Source: Octopus bimaculoides (lineage: Eukaryota). From it: a stretch of DNA of 32,679 nt. The notes beneath the pieces are model-generated. The model did no database searches. It was given only the letters and a program-made list of their open reading frames with translations, and was not told where the DNA came from. How positions within the stretch are numbered: the stretch's first letter is position 1; each line of letters starts with the position of its first letter. Positions 1 to 10,512 of the stretch are shown here, piece after piece. Where the stretch lies: NCBI RefSeq assembly GCF_001194135.2, contig NC_068986.1, positions 20,433,853 through 20,466,531 of the forward strand, given 5' to 3'. A program made the position numbers and the translations under genes.

Positions 1-126
1 TTATGAATCTGAAGTTTTCTGAACCGCATCAGAAAATAATCTTTCAAAGATTTCCCTCCAACATTTAGAAACAATAAAATTCCTTTTAGTTCAGTTCCAT
101 TAAAATATGTTGTTTATTTATTACAG

Positions 127-151
127 GCTGTCAGATTGGCCAATGAAAACG
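127..151 (+). CDS. TMEM160: TMEM160-like, internal 25-nt coding exon (AVRLANEN-G)
   Basis: ttacag acceptor at 121-126 and GTAAG donor at 152. Splices in phase 1 to 382, giving AVRLANENGYLSWNRNGYLATAVGV, which resembles human TMEM160 LLRKAHETAFLSWFRNGLLASGIGV (recalled). Upstream exons lie outside the window. Confidence 0.8.
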
Positions 152-381
152 GTAAGACAGAAAAATTCTAAATCATTTCCTTATTTCTAACATTTCTTTT
201 ACTCAACACCACTTAGAATGGTTTCTGTCTTGTTTTTTGTTTCCTAACAACTAACACACAAGAAAGAAAACCATCTACTTTTGCAGTTCCAACAAATTTA
301 TTTGCACATTTTTTCCATATTTAAGTTCTTGTTTAAATAATGCAAGTGGAAGGACCATAAAGGAAAACCTTTCTATTACAG

Positions 382-480
382 GGTATCTCTCTTGGAACCG
401 TAATGGTTACTTAGCAACTGCAGTAGGTGTAGCAATGCAAGCCGAGGCGAAAATGCCGCTAAGTGGAGTGGCTTCTGAAG
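382..480 (+). CDS. TMEM160: TMEM160-like coding exon (YLSWNRNGYLATAVGVAMQAEAKMPLSGVASE)
   Basis: ttctattacag acceptor and GTGAG donor at 481. The exon is 99 nt, phase 1-1, and only one frame is open. The LSWxRNG motif is typical of TMEM160. Confidence 0.85.
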
Positions 481-505
481 GTGAGTTTTTCACTATTTTG
501 TTTAA

Positions 506-726
506 CCCTTTCGTTACCAACCCAGCGGAAACCAACTCTGGTTCTGATTACAAATGTCTCATTTTCATAAGTTTTGAATTAAAATCTTCCACCAAACATT
601 AGTCACAATTTATGTTCCTAACCCTAGCTGAATGATAACCAAGTTATTTTACTAAATTCTTTGTTATATTTAAAATAATTCAAAGAAACACAGAGCTTCT
701 CAAAATAAATACAGTAACAAAAAGGG
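506..726. mobile_element. piggyBac-like MITE
   Basis: TTAA|CCCTTTCGTTAC...GTAACAAAAAGGG|TTAA, giving CCC-ended TIRs with a TTAA TSD. Related degraded copies occur at ~1790-2017, ~2050-2237, ~4690-4860 and ~29200-29330. Confidence 0.7.
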
Positions 727-822
727 TTAAATGAATTTGGTCATAAAACAATGGTTTGTCTTATTGCTGGAGCCTGATGTTTTCGAACAAGGCAGTTTAG
801 GTAATACTATCTAAATTCTTAT

Positions 823-1080
823 GGAGGCGCGTAGCTTAGTGGTTAGGGTGTCAGCATCATGATCGTAAGATTGTGGTTTCAATTCCTGGACCGGGCTATG
901 CGTTGTGTTCTTGAGCAAAACATTTGATTTCACATTGCTCCAGTTCACTCAGCTAACAAAAATGAGTAACGCTGTGATGGACTGGCGTCCCATCCAGCTG
1001 GGGAACACATACGCCATTGAAACCGGGAAACCGGGCCCATGAGCCTGGCTAGGCTTTAAAAGGGCGCATTTATTTTATTT
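823..1080 (+). mobile_element. tRNA-derived SINE, with a partial second copy at ~1124-1255
   Basis: A-box-like gtagcttagtggtt, B-box-like ggtttcaattcc, a body with gtgttcttgagcaaaaca and tgtgatggactggcgtccc, and a (TTTA)n tail. Confidence 0.75.
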
Positions 1081-1504
1081 TTTTCTAAATTTTTACTTAA
1101 AACTAAATTACATGCAATCATGTGGAGGTGTTTGGCTCAGTGGTTAGGGAAATGCACCCACAATCACAAGATCATAGGTTCGATTCCTAGACCAAGCGGT
1201 GTGTTGTGTTCTTGAGCAAAACATTTCATTTCCTGTTGCTCTAGTGCTGTGTGGGGACCGGTGTGTCAAACAATAAACCCAACGTTTCCTCTGCATGTCA
1301 TAAAGGGCAACTAAAAGAGGTTGAGCTAGGATTTGCACTCCAACCTTGTAAAACCCTCACTAGCAACAACAACCCCACAAAACAGACCCATGGGTTGGAG
1401 GGTTGTCACCTGAATGGTACAAAGGGGTCATGTGCCGTGAGTAGGGAATCACCAAACAAACAGTGGATGCTCTGTTACAGCGCATGCCCCCATACTGCTA
1501 TTTC

Positions 1505-1538
1505 TACTACCACTACTACTACTACTACTACTTCTACT
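1505..1538 (+). repeat. (TAC)n microsatellite in a TMEM160 intron
   Basis: Read directly from the sequence. Confidence 0.9.
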
Positions 1539-2342
1539 TTGGACCCAGCTGTTGTGAGCTTCTTGGAATCACAGACAAACGGCAGATCTTTATACCTTTC
1601 ATTGCAGCAGTTGCTGATCCATTATGCACATCTGCAACAATGAAATACCATCAGTACCATAGATTCCTCACGAGAAAATACAGCACACAGAGTGTGATGT
1701 ATTGGTTGGAACTACTACAATTGACTGTGTCTCCTGTTGAAATATCATGAAAGAACATGATGTTCCTATACTTGTCACACCTCATACTTTGACTCTTTTG
1801 ATACCAACTCACCTGAGACCACCCCCTCCTGGTTCTATGAGACAAAGTTCTTCCTGTTTTAAAATAACCTAAATTAAAACCTTCCATCAAAATTTCAAAT
1901 TAATCTTTGTTCTAAATACAAGATTAATAATGACAAAGTTGTTTTATTAATTGTTACTTTCAAAATTAATTGAAATCAAGGCTGTGTATTTAGTCAGAAA
2001 TATGGTAACAGAAGGGTTGAAATAACAAGTTTGTGTGATAGAACCATACATAGTCTCAGGCAAGCTAGTATCAAAGAGGTTTAAGTAATCTAAATTAAAC
2101 CTTTCATCAAAATTCCAAATTAATTTGTTCCAAACACCAGCTTAATAATGGCAAAATTATTTTACTAAATTCATTATTTTAAAATTTAATTGAAACAAAA
2201 GCAGCATAATTCTTCAGAAATATGGTAACAAAAGGGTTTAAATTATAAAATATTAAAATTTCAACTGTCTTCTTTTTGTATTTTTTTATCAGTTAAGTAA
2301 TTAATTTTTATTTCCTTTCTTTTTTTCCTTTTTTTTTTTCAG

Positions 2343-2530
2343 TTCTGTTTTCTATTGCTGGAGCAAATTTAACAATTGGTTGTGCCATCTTCATATTTAA
2401 TGTCTGGAAATTACATCCACAGATTGGTCTGTCACAGACGGGAGTCTATTGTTCTATATTGTTATCCGTAATACATGTTATTCTGTGGTTTTTTGCATTT
2501 CTTACATTCAAGGGTTACATCACTAATTAA
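2343..2530 (+). CDS. TMEM160: TMEM160-like terminal coding exon (VLFSIAGANLTIGCAIFIFNVWKLHPQIGLSQTGVYCSILLSVIHVILWFFAFLTFKGYITN*)
   Basis: Long polypyrimidine tract plus AG at 2341-2342. Phase 1 matches the previous exon. Two hydrophobic segments are present, and the stop TAA at 2528-2530 is followed immediately by TAG. Confidence 0.85.
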
Positions 2531-2816
2531 TAGGCCTATTTGATGGCATTCCATTTTAACTGATTATATTATCAAAATTAATACTCATTTAACTACTATT
2601 AACAACAACAACAACCACTACTAATAATAATAATAATAATAAACATCATGATAATAACAGTCCTTTCTACTATAAGCACAAGGGCCTGAATTTTTGGGAG
2701 AGGATTCTAGTTGATTACATCAACCCCCAATACTCAGCTGGTACTTATTTTATCGACCCCAAAAGGATGAAAACAAAGTCAGCCACAGCGGCATTTTAAA
2801 TATAAATATTAAGATA

Positions 2817-3222
2817 GGCGCAGGAGTGGCTGTGTGGTAAGTAGCTTGCTTACCAACCACATGGTTCCGGGTTCAGTCCCACTGCATGGCACCTTGGGCA
2901 AATGTCTTCTAGTATAGCCTCGGGCCGACCAAAGCCTTGTGAGTGGATTTGGTAGAAGGAAATTGAGAGTAGCCCATCGTATANNNNNNNNNNTGTGTGT
3001 GTGTGTGTCTGTGTTTGTCCCCCAACATCACCTGACAACTGATGCTGGTGTGTTTACGTCCCCGTAACTTAGCGGTTCGGCAAAAAGAGACCGATAGAAT
3101 AAGTACTAGGCTTACAAAGAATAGGTCCCGAGGTCGATTTTCTCGACTCAAGGCGGTGCTCCAGCATGGCTGCAGTCAAATGACTGAAACAAGTCAAAGA
3201 GTAAAGAGAGAGAGAGAGAGAG
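2817..3222 (+). mobile_element. tRNA-derived SINE (ggagtggctgtgtggtaag family) with a central microsatellite
   Basis: Head, (TA/TG)n and tail ending gaaacaagtaaaagag, repeated many times in the window. Confidence 0.85.
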
Positions 3223-3468
3223 TATAATATAGATAAACAAAGCCAATAGAAAAGTGAACTAACACTTTGCTTACCATAGGCGTCACCAGTGATTCCACCT
3301 GCTTTATTCTTAATATGGCACAAAGTGTTAAAATGCTAAAAATCCTTCTTTTGATCATTGATAAAAGCTTGTAATCATCAGGATAAATAGTGATTATATT
3401 GATCTTCTTCACCTGTGTTATTTCAGAGATAATCAGCCCTCTTTGTTGTACAATAGTTTAGAAATTAA

Positions 3469-3686
3469 CCCTTTAGCATTTAAACTGACCATATCTGGCC
3501 CAAATATTCTACCTGCTTTATGTTCAGACTGGCCAGATCTAGTCCCTCGCACCTCACCCTACACAATTCTAAAAATAAACAATCACATTATTGAAATCTC
3601 AAAGCTATGAAAGACTGCATGATTAACTGAAAATGATGTAAATAAATAATCATTACATTTGACAGAGAAATCTGAATGCTAAAGGG
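3469..3686. mobile_element. piggyBac-like MITE, second family
   Basis: TTAA|CCCTTTAGCATT...AATGCTAAAGGG|TCAA, giving a 12-bp perfect TIR and a degenerate TTAA TSD. Confidence 0.7.
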
Positions 3687-4900
3687 TCAATACATTTCAT
3701 GAACAAGTTGAAAGCAGTCTAATGATTGGAACAAGTAAAAGATAAAAGATATGGTAGTTTTCCTCAATACATATATGGCATTACCTCACTCCGTTTATGC
3801 TGTGTTTTGATTCATTATAAGAGCTTTGTGTGTGTGTGGTCTGGTGATACATTGATTTATGACATAAGCATAAAGCATTGAGAAAGACTGACAGTAAATC
3901 ATTGCAGTTACCCAGGGATGGCAGAGTCAAATATGGGGACCAGTTGTTATTTATGTAAATAGCATCTTTGACCAATTATTCTCAAAAATACGCTACTTTT
4001 TAATGCCAACTCATCTACATTTTTGTACAAATACTTAGTGATTCTGTCATCGCTACTTCTGCAAGTATGGTAGATCTATGTCAATAAGACCAAAACGTGT
4101 ATGAGAGTTGTCTCCCATAGTTTCCAGAATAATTAACATATTAATGATCAGCATCATCATCATCATCATTTTAATATCCAATTTTCTATGCTTGCATGGA
4201 ATTCATTTATGCAGATTTTCTATGGTTGGATGCCTTTCCTGTCACTGACTCTCACCCATTTCCAAGCAAGGTAATATTTCACCCCCACTGGCTGGACATG
4301 TTCTTGGCACAATATTGGAAATGAAGGACATTGCTTGTATGACAACTATGGCATAATGTCATGACAAAGAGACACACACATACACCCATATGACAGGTTT
4401 CTTTCAGTTTCTGTCTCTACCACTCACAATACTTTGGTTTGCCTACAGTCATAATGAATGACACTTGCCCAAAATGCCACGTAGTGAGACTGAACCCAGT
4501 ATCATGTAACTGGGAAACAAACTTCTTAACCACACAGCCATGCCTACTCCTTCTCTTTGACTAATATTTAGTTTATTCTTCCCGTTACAAAAACAAATTA
4601 GAAACACTTATTTCTAATTATTGTTTCTAATGCTCAATTCGTTAAATATATTATTACTGACTTAACTTTTGTTTTTCAAATGAATGGTGTCTCTGAGTAA
4701 TTTATTCTCTTAACCAAATTTATTCTTTACCATATTTCTGCTGAAATATCTGTTCCTTTATTTGAATAAGGTTTAAAAATTGCAAAGAATTTATTAATAT
4801 AACTTTGTTATTGATAAACCAGTGTTTGAAACAGAAATTATCAAGAAATTTTTGAGGAAATTTTCAGTTTCTGTCATCACTACTAAACAATTAAGTTTCT

Positions 4901-5226
4901 GTAGTAAAGATTGTTTGCCAACATAACATGGCAGTCGTTGGTTTAGGACTAATGTTGCTGTAATTTAGCCCTAGGAGACATCGTCTCCAGCTGGTTATAC
5001 GACACAATCTGTGTCCTTATATTTTCGAACAAAGGAATCCAGCATCTCCACTTGAAAGTATAAGAACACAGTTCATGTCGTATAGCCAGCTGGAGACGAT
5101 GTCCCCCTGGGGCTAAATTACAGAAACGTTAGTCTTAAACCAGGACTGCTATGTTATGTTGGCAAACAATCTTTACTACAAAGTATTGTTGGTGAATATC
5201 TCACGTTGTGAGATTTAAAAAATAGT
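4901..5226 (+). mobile_element. Unclassified fold-back element flanked by a 12-bp direct repeat
   Basis: Arms ~4901-5028 and ~5054-5181 are reverse complements. AATTAAGTTTCT occurs at 4889-4900 and 5227-5238. A second copy lies at ~24953-25144. Confidence 0.6.
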
Positions 5227-5544
5227 AATTAAGTTTCTATCATAGAATCTATCTCAGACAGATTAGCATCAAAAGGGTCAAACCATCTGAAGGTGTTGAC
5301 AGTCAATATCATGTCAACAGTACTGCTTTGTGTTCATGGGCCTTCATATTTATCTCTGATTCTTCAGTCCATCTAGTTATAAATAAGTAATAAAAGTCTA
5401 TAAAACCACTGGTGTTTATCTCTGAACTCTCCTGTGTTAAGAGGAGGATTAATGAATCTCTTTTTGAGTAGGATACAAATCTATCTCAGATAATATTTCC
5501 CCAAAAGATCAGTTAATTATTTTCTACAGCTAAGTAAATTTTAA

Positions 5545-5883
5545 CCCTCTTTCTTTTCCTTACCACATTTCTGTTGAAATAATCTGCTTTGTTTCAATTA
5601 ATTTTGAAAATAATGGAGAATATAATAAATTAACTTTGCCATCATTAAGACAGTGTTTAAAACATAAATTAACATAAAATTTTTATGAAGTATAAAGTCT
5701 TTGTTTCATTTAATTCTGCAAATAATGAAAATTGTAATTAAATAACTTTGCCATTATTAAGATGGTATTTGAAACATAAATTAATGTGAAATTTCAATGT
5801 AAAGTTTAAATTTAGATCACCTTAAACAAGAAGTTTGTATCATAGAATGAGTGATGGTCTCCGGTGGGTTTATATATAAAGGG
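5545..5883. mobile_element. piggyBac-like MITE with an internal tandem duplication
   Basis: TTAA|CCCT...AAAGGG|TTAA. The segment ctttgtttcattaatt...ttaactttgccat...aaacataaattaa occurs twice. Confidence 0.6.
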
Positions 5884-7255
5884 TTAATGCTATGGAAATT
5901 TAAATGTCTCCCTTATAACAAACATATATTTTCATATATAAATACTTACATTTTAAATTGCTTTCTTTTTCAAGTGTTGTTTTTCAAAAATGAAACAAAA
6001 CAAAATTGCTTGTGGCTCTTTTATAAAGGATAAACTTGTAGAATAAGTTTGACGATCTTGTAGCATCCCTAAAGACCTGTTATAAATACTTAGTGTTTCA
6101 TCTTCAGTATTTCTGACACCTTACTTGAAAAATACGAACATAAGGAATATAACCCTGTAATACATCTCAGGAAACATAATCCATGACACTATTTACCTTT
6201 CTCTCACTAACTTAGAATATGTTTTTTTTTTTACTGTTCTAACCATAGAATTGCTCTGTGGAATTTTTTAAAGGCAATTACACACACACCTACACACACA
6301 CACACACACATATCTAGTATATGCAGTTGAGGCTGTATTAAATTAAAGCAGCCATCTATGTATCATACTTAATGTGTGTATACTATCGATAGGACAGTTA
6401 CTGCAGTATTTGTCCTGAGATAACATCTCTTATGGACATGCTGTGTTAAAAACACAATAAATGTCAGAGAGAGAGAGAGAGGAAGAAATTGCCCCAGCAG
6501 TAACCAACAAGAGTGCCAGAATTATTTCAGCCTTTTGAAGCTTTTCACTGGCACATACTCGTAGCCAGCCATTTGCTCAGGTGAGAATTTGTTGCCTCTG
6601 ATATGAGAAAAAGTGAACATCCACTGTTGTGGGGAATAGGTGTCTCTCTAAATAAAAATCCAATATATGCTATTGAGTGAGTATTAAATTAAAATAACTA
6701 TCAATGTATACATAGTTAATGTATACAGTCAATAGGCCAGTTAGTGTGACGTTTTTCCTGAGATAACACCTTATGGATGTTCTATGTTAAAAATACAACA
6801 AATATCAGGAGACAAAAAAGATTACTCCAGCAATGGCCAGTGAGAACGCCAGATGCGTTTTAGCCATTTTGGGCCTTTTCAATGACATGTACTCACAGCC
6901 AGTCACATGCTTGTATCCAACCTCTTGGTTACTAACATTAAATTACAATATTGCATAATAATGATATCACCCTAGTAAACATTGTGTGACAGTTATTTTT
7001 TTAATATTGATTTCACTAACCTGTGTTTAACTAACATTACTAAAATATTACTAAAAGGCAACATTGTTACTATTTTTTTTTTTCCATTATTACTATAGTT
7101 TATATAGAAGAAATCCTTATTACAATAGATTATGTATTTTTGTATTTACAATTTTCAGAGATATACAAAAAGCAAAAAAAACTCTGCGAAAGCTAATACA
7201 TTTGATTTCATGTTGTTTTAATCTCTTCCAACTTCTCAGCTGCTGGCAACACCTA

Positions 7256-8195
7256 CAGGGTGTCCACAAAGTCTGGGTACATGGGGATTAATACATCATC
7301 ATCATTATCATCATCATCATTGTTTAACGTCTGCTTTCCATGCTAGCATGGGTTGGACGATTTGACTGAGGACTGGTGAAACCGGATGGCTACACCAGGC
7401 TCCAATCTGATTTGGCAAAGTTTCTACAGCTGGATGCCCTTCCTAACGCCAACCACTCTGAGAGTGTAGTGGGTGCCTTTACGTGCCACCCGCACGAAGG
7501 CCAGTCAGGCAGTACTGGCAATGGCCACACTCAAATGGTGTATTTTATGTGCCACCCGCACAAGAGCCAGTCCAGGGGCACTGGCAACGATCTCACTCGN
7601 NNNNNNNNNNNNNNNNNNNNNNNNNNNNNNNNNNNNNNNNNNNNNNNNNNNNNNNNNNNNNNNNNNNNNNNNNNNNNNNNNNNNNNNNNNNNNNGCGATG
7701 CTGGGCACAGGTGCCATCCTGATTTCGCTTTCGCTTGCCCCAATAAGTCTTCGCAAGCTGAGTTTCGTGTCCAATGAAGGAGACAACGTTGGCATGGGTG
7801 CCAGTCATTGAATTTAGTTCGGTTTCGATTTCACTTGCCTCAACAGGTCTTCGCAAGCGGAGTTTAGTGTCCAAGGAAGGAAAGGTATGCATAAGTGGGC
7901 TGGCTACACCCCTGGCAGAGGCCTTGGATTTAGGTCTCACTTAGCTTGCCGGGTCTTCTCACGCACAGCATATTTTCAAAGGTCTCGGTCAGAAGTCATC
8001 GCCTCGGTGATGCCCAATGTTCAAAGTTTAAGAAATTATTATTTCTTATATTTAATTGTTTATGTTATGATTTTATTTACTCCATGTACCCACATGGGGA
8101 TTAACACATACTTTAAGAAATTATTATTTCTTATATTTAATTGTTTGTGTTATGATTTTATTTACTCCATGTACCCGGACTTTGTGGACACCCTG
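7256..8195. mobile_element. Tc1/mariner-type MITE interrupted by an RTE LINE fragment
   Basis: TA|CAGGGTGTCCACAAAGTCTGGGTACATGG...CCATGTACCCGGACTTTGTGGACACCCTG|TA, with an internal ~87-bp duplication at 8027-8175. Confidence 0.8.
7298..8022 (-). mobile_element. 5'-truncated RTE-clade LINE (ORF end, long 3' UTR and (GAT)n tail)
   Basis: The minus strand at 8020-7940 encodes TLGITEAMTSDRDL*KYAVREKTRQAK*, a typical RTE ORF C-terminus. It ends in cgttaaacaatgatgatga. Confidence 0.7.
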
Positions 8196-9607
8196 TAGAA
8201 TGGCCTTCTTTACTTCATGTCTGATATATGACTATAAACTATGTTGTCTGTATTTGTATAATAAAAGAGTTGCTATCAAGTGTGTATGTGTGTTGAATCT
8301 TCTACTATAATAATACTCTTGTGTTTTTCTCCATCGCAACATGTGAATGAGAAAGTGTGTGGCTTTATGTGAGAAAGTGTGTGAGGACTCTGTGTGAGTA
8401 TATGTGTGTATGTGTACAAGGGAAGTATGCGAATGTTTGTATGTGTTCTTTCAGTAACAAACAATGATCGATGATACATCTCAATAGACAACCACTAGAT
8501 AACATTGTCAAGTGTATTAATTTGATTTACCATCCATATTTCTCTTTCTCTTTAACTTGTTTCAGTCATTTGACTGCAGCCATGCTGGAGCACTGCCTTT
8601 AGTCGAGCAAATCGACCCCAGGACTTATTCTTTGGAAGCCTAGTACTTATTCTATCAGTCTCTTTTGCATTGAGGGTGCAGTGTGACTGTCCAGACATAT
8701 TCTCTCCTCCAGTTTATTTATGTTTATTTGTACATTCTTGTAGTGACCACCACTGGGTGAACAAGGTGGACTCAGTAAGAAAACTGTTGTTATTGTTTAC
8801 TAATAGTAAATGTGATATGTATAAATGGTTTCAAACTTCGGTACAAGGCCAGCAATTTTAGAGGGAGGGGGTTTACATCCACCACCACCACCACCCGCCC
8901 CAAGTGCTCAATTAGTATTTGTTTTATCAACTCTGAAAAGATGAAACACAAAATCAACCTTGGTAGAATTTGAACTCAGAACATAAAAAGCTGCCAGAAA
9001 TATTGGTAAGAATTTTGTCTGATGCATTAACAATCCTGCCTGTATATAATGAGAATGTGTTTATAAAATTCCTTCATTCTCCAGGGTTTGTGTTGCTAAT
9101 TCCAGCTAGTACCATTTACTTTAGTGTTGGTCTTTGTTTTAAGGGTTTTCCTTCCTCACTGTGGATTGCGTTTTAAGCGCTGGGAAGGAATTTGGCTCAG
9201 AATGTAAAGAACCAGAACAAATAACATTAAACATGCAATCCACTATTCTTACTATTCTGCCAATCACTACCCTAGATTTGTGCTTTATTTGTTGACCTTG
9301 GAAGAGCGAAAGGCCAAAGTTGAGCTTGACAGAACTTGATCTCATATTCCCTAGAGTCAAAAAAGCTAAAATACTGCAAAGTATTTTATCTGATGCTGTA
9401 ATGATTCTTGCCAATTCACCATTGCCTTATAATGGAATAGTCTGGAAAATTTAGAAAACTAAACAAAAAAAAAAAAATTAGAATCTGCAGAAACACACTT
9501 TTGATTGTCTGTAGATTATTGTAGGTGCCATAGAGGATGTACATGTGTGTGTGAATATGTATTTATGTATGTGTTTGTATGTAAATATATATGTGTGTAT
9601 AAATATG

Positions 9608-9784
9608 TAGGAGTGGCTGTGTGGTCAGTAGCTTGCTTCCCAACCACATGGTTCTGGGTTTAGTCCCACTGCGTGGCACCTTGGGCAAGTGTCTTCTACT
9701 ATAGCCTCAGGCCACCAAAGCATTGTGAGTGGATTTGGTAGATGAGAACTGAAAGAAGCCCATCATATATATATATATACATAC

Positions 9785-9826
<42 letters not shown>

Positions 9827-10087
9827 GCACATCGCTTATCTTTTNNNNNNNNNNNNNNNNNNNNNNNNNNNNNNNNNNNNNNNNNNNNNNNNNNNNNNNN
9901 NNNNNNNNNNNNNNNNNNNNNNNNNNNNNNNNNNNNNNNNNNNNNNNNNNNNNNNNNNNNNNNNNNNNNNNNNNNNNNNNNNNNNNNNNNNNNNNNNNNN
10001 NNNNNNNNNNNNNNNNNNNNNNNNNNNNNNNNNNNNNNNNNNNNNNNNNNNNNNNNNNNNNNNNNNNNNNNNNNNNNNNNNNNNNNN

Positions 10088-10148
<61 letters not shown>

Positions 10149-10348
10149 ATGTGTGTTTGTGAGTGTGTGTGTATGTGTTTGTCTCCTCACCATCACTTGA
10201 CAACCGATGCTAGTGTGGTTACGTCGCCCGTAACTTAACCGTTCAGCAAAAGAGACCGATGGAATAAGTTCTGGGGTCAATTTGTTCGACTAAAAGGGTG
10301 GTGCTCCAGCATGGCCGCAGCCAAATGACCGAAACGAGTGAAAGAATA
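9608..10348 (+). mobile_element. SINE, same family, with the microsatellite containing an N gap
   Basis: Head at 9608-9765 and tail at ~10150-10348. Confidence 0.8.
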
Positions 10349-10512
10349 ATATGTGTTTATAAAAAACATGTCTTTTTAAACGTTGGTGTTGAGCACAGTT
10401 TAGGTGTTGCAAGCAGCTCCAAATTTTGAAAGAGTTAAATTTATTACATATGTGTATATAGACATTTGTGTGTGTGTATGTATGTATATATAAACTGTAA
10501 TTTTTGTATAAT

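Noticed and set aside
823-900. tRNA-like A/B boxes
   Set aside because: They continue into SINE bodies and give no complete cloverleaf, so they are SINE heads and not tRNA genes.
1251-1750. Overlapping 130-aa and 95-aa ORFs in TMEM160 intron 2
   Set aside because: They are inflated by a (TAC)n microsatellite, show no recognisable homology, and are not needed for the in-phase TMEM160 model.
3069-3323. AGGITGDAYG peptide resembling the cobalamin synthase GGxTGD motif
   Set aside because: The match is short and probably chance. The frame has upstream stops and runs into a SINE.
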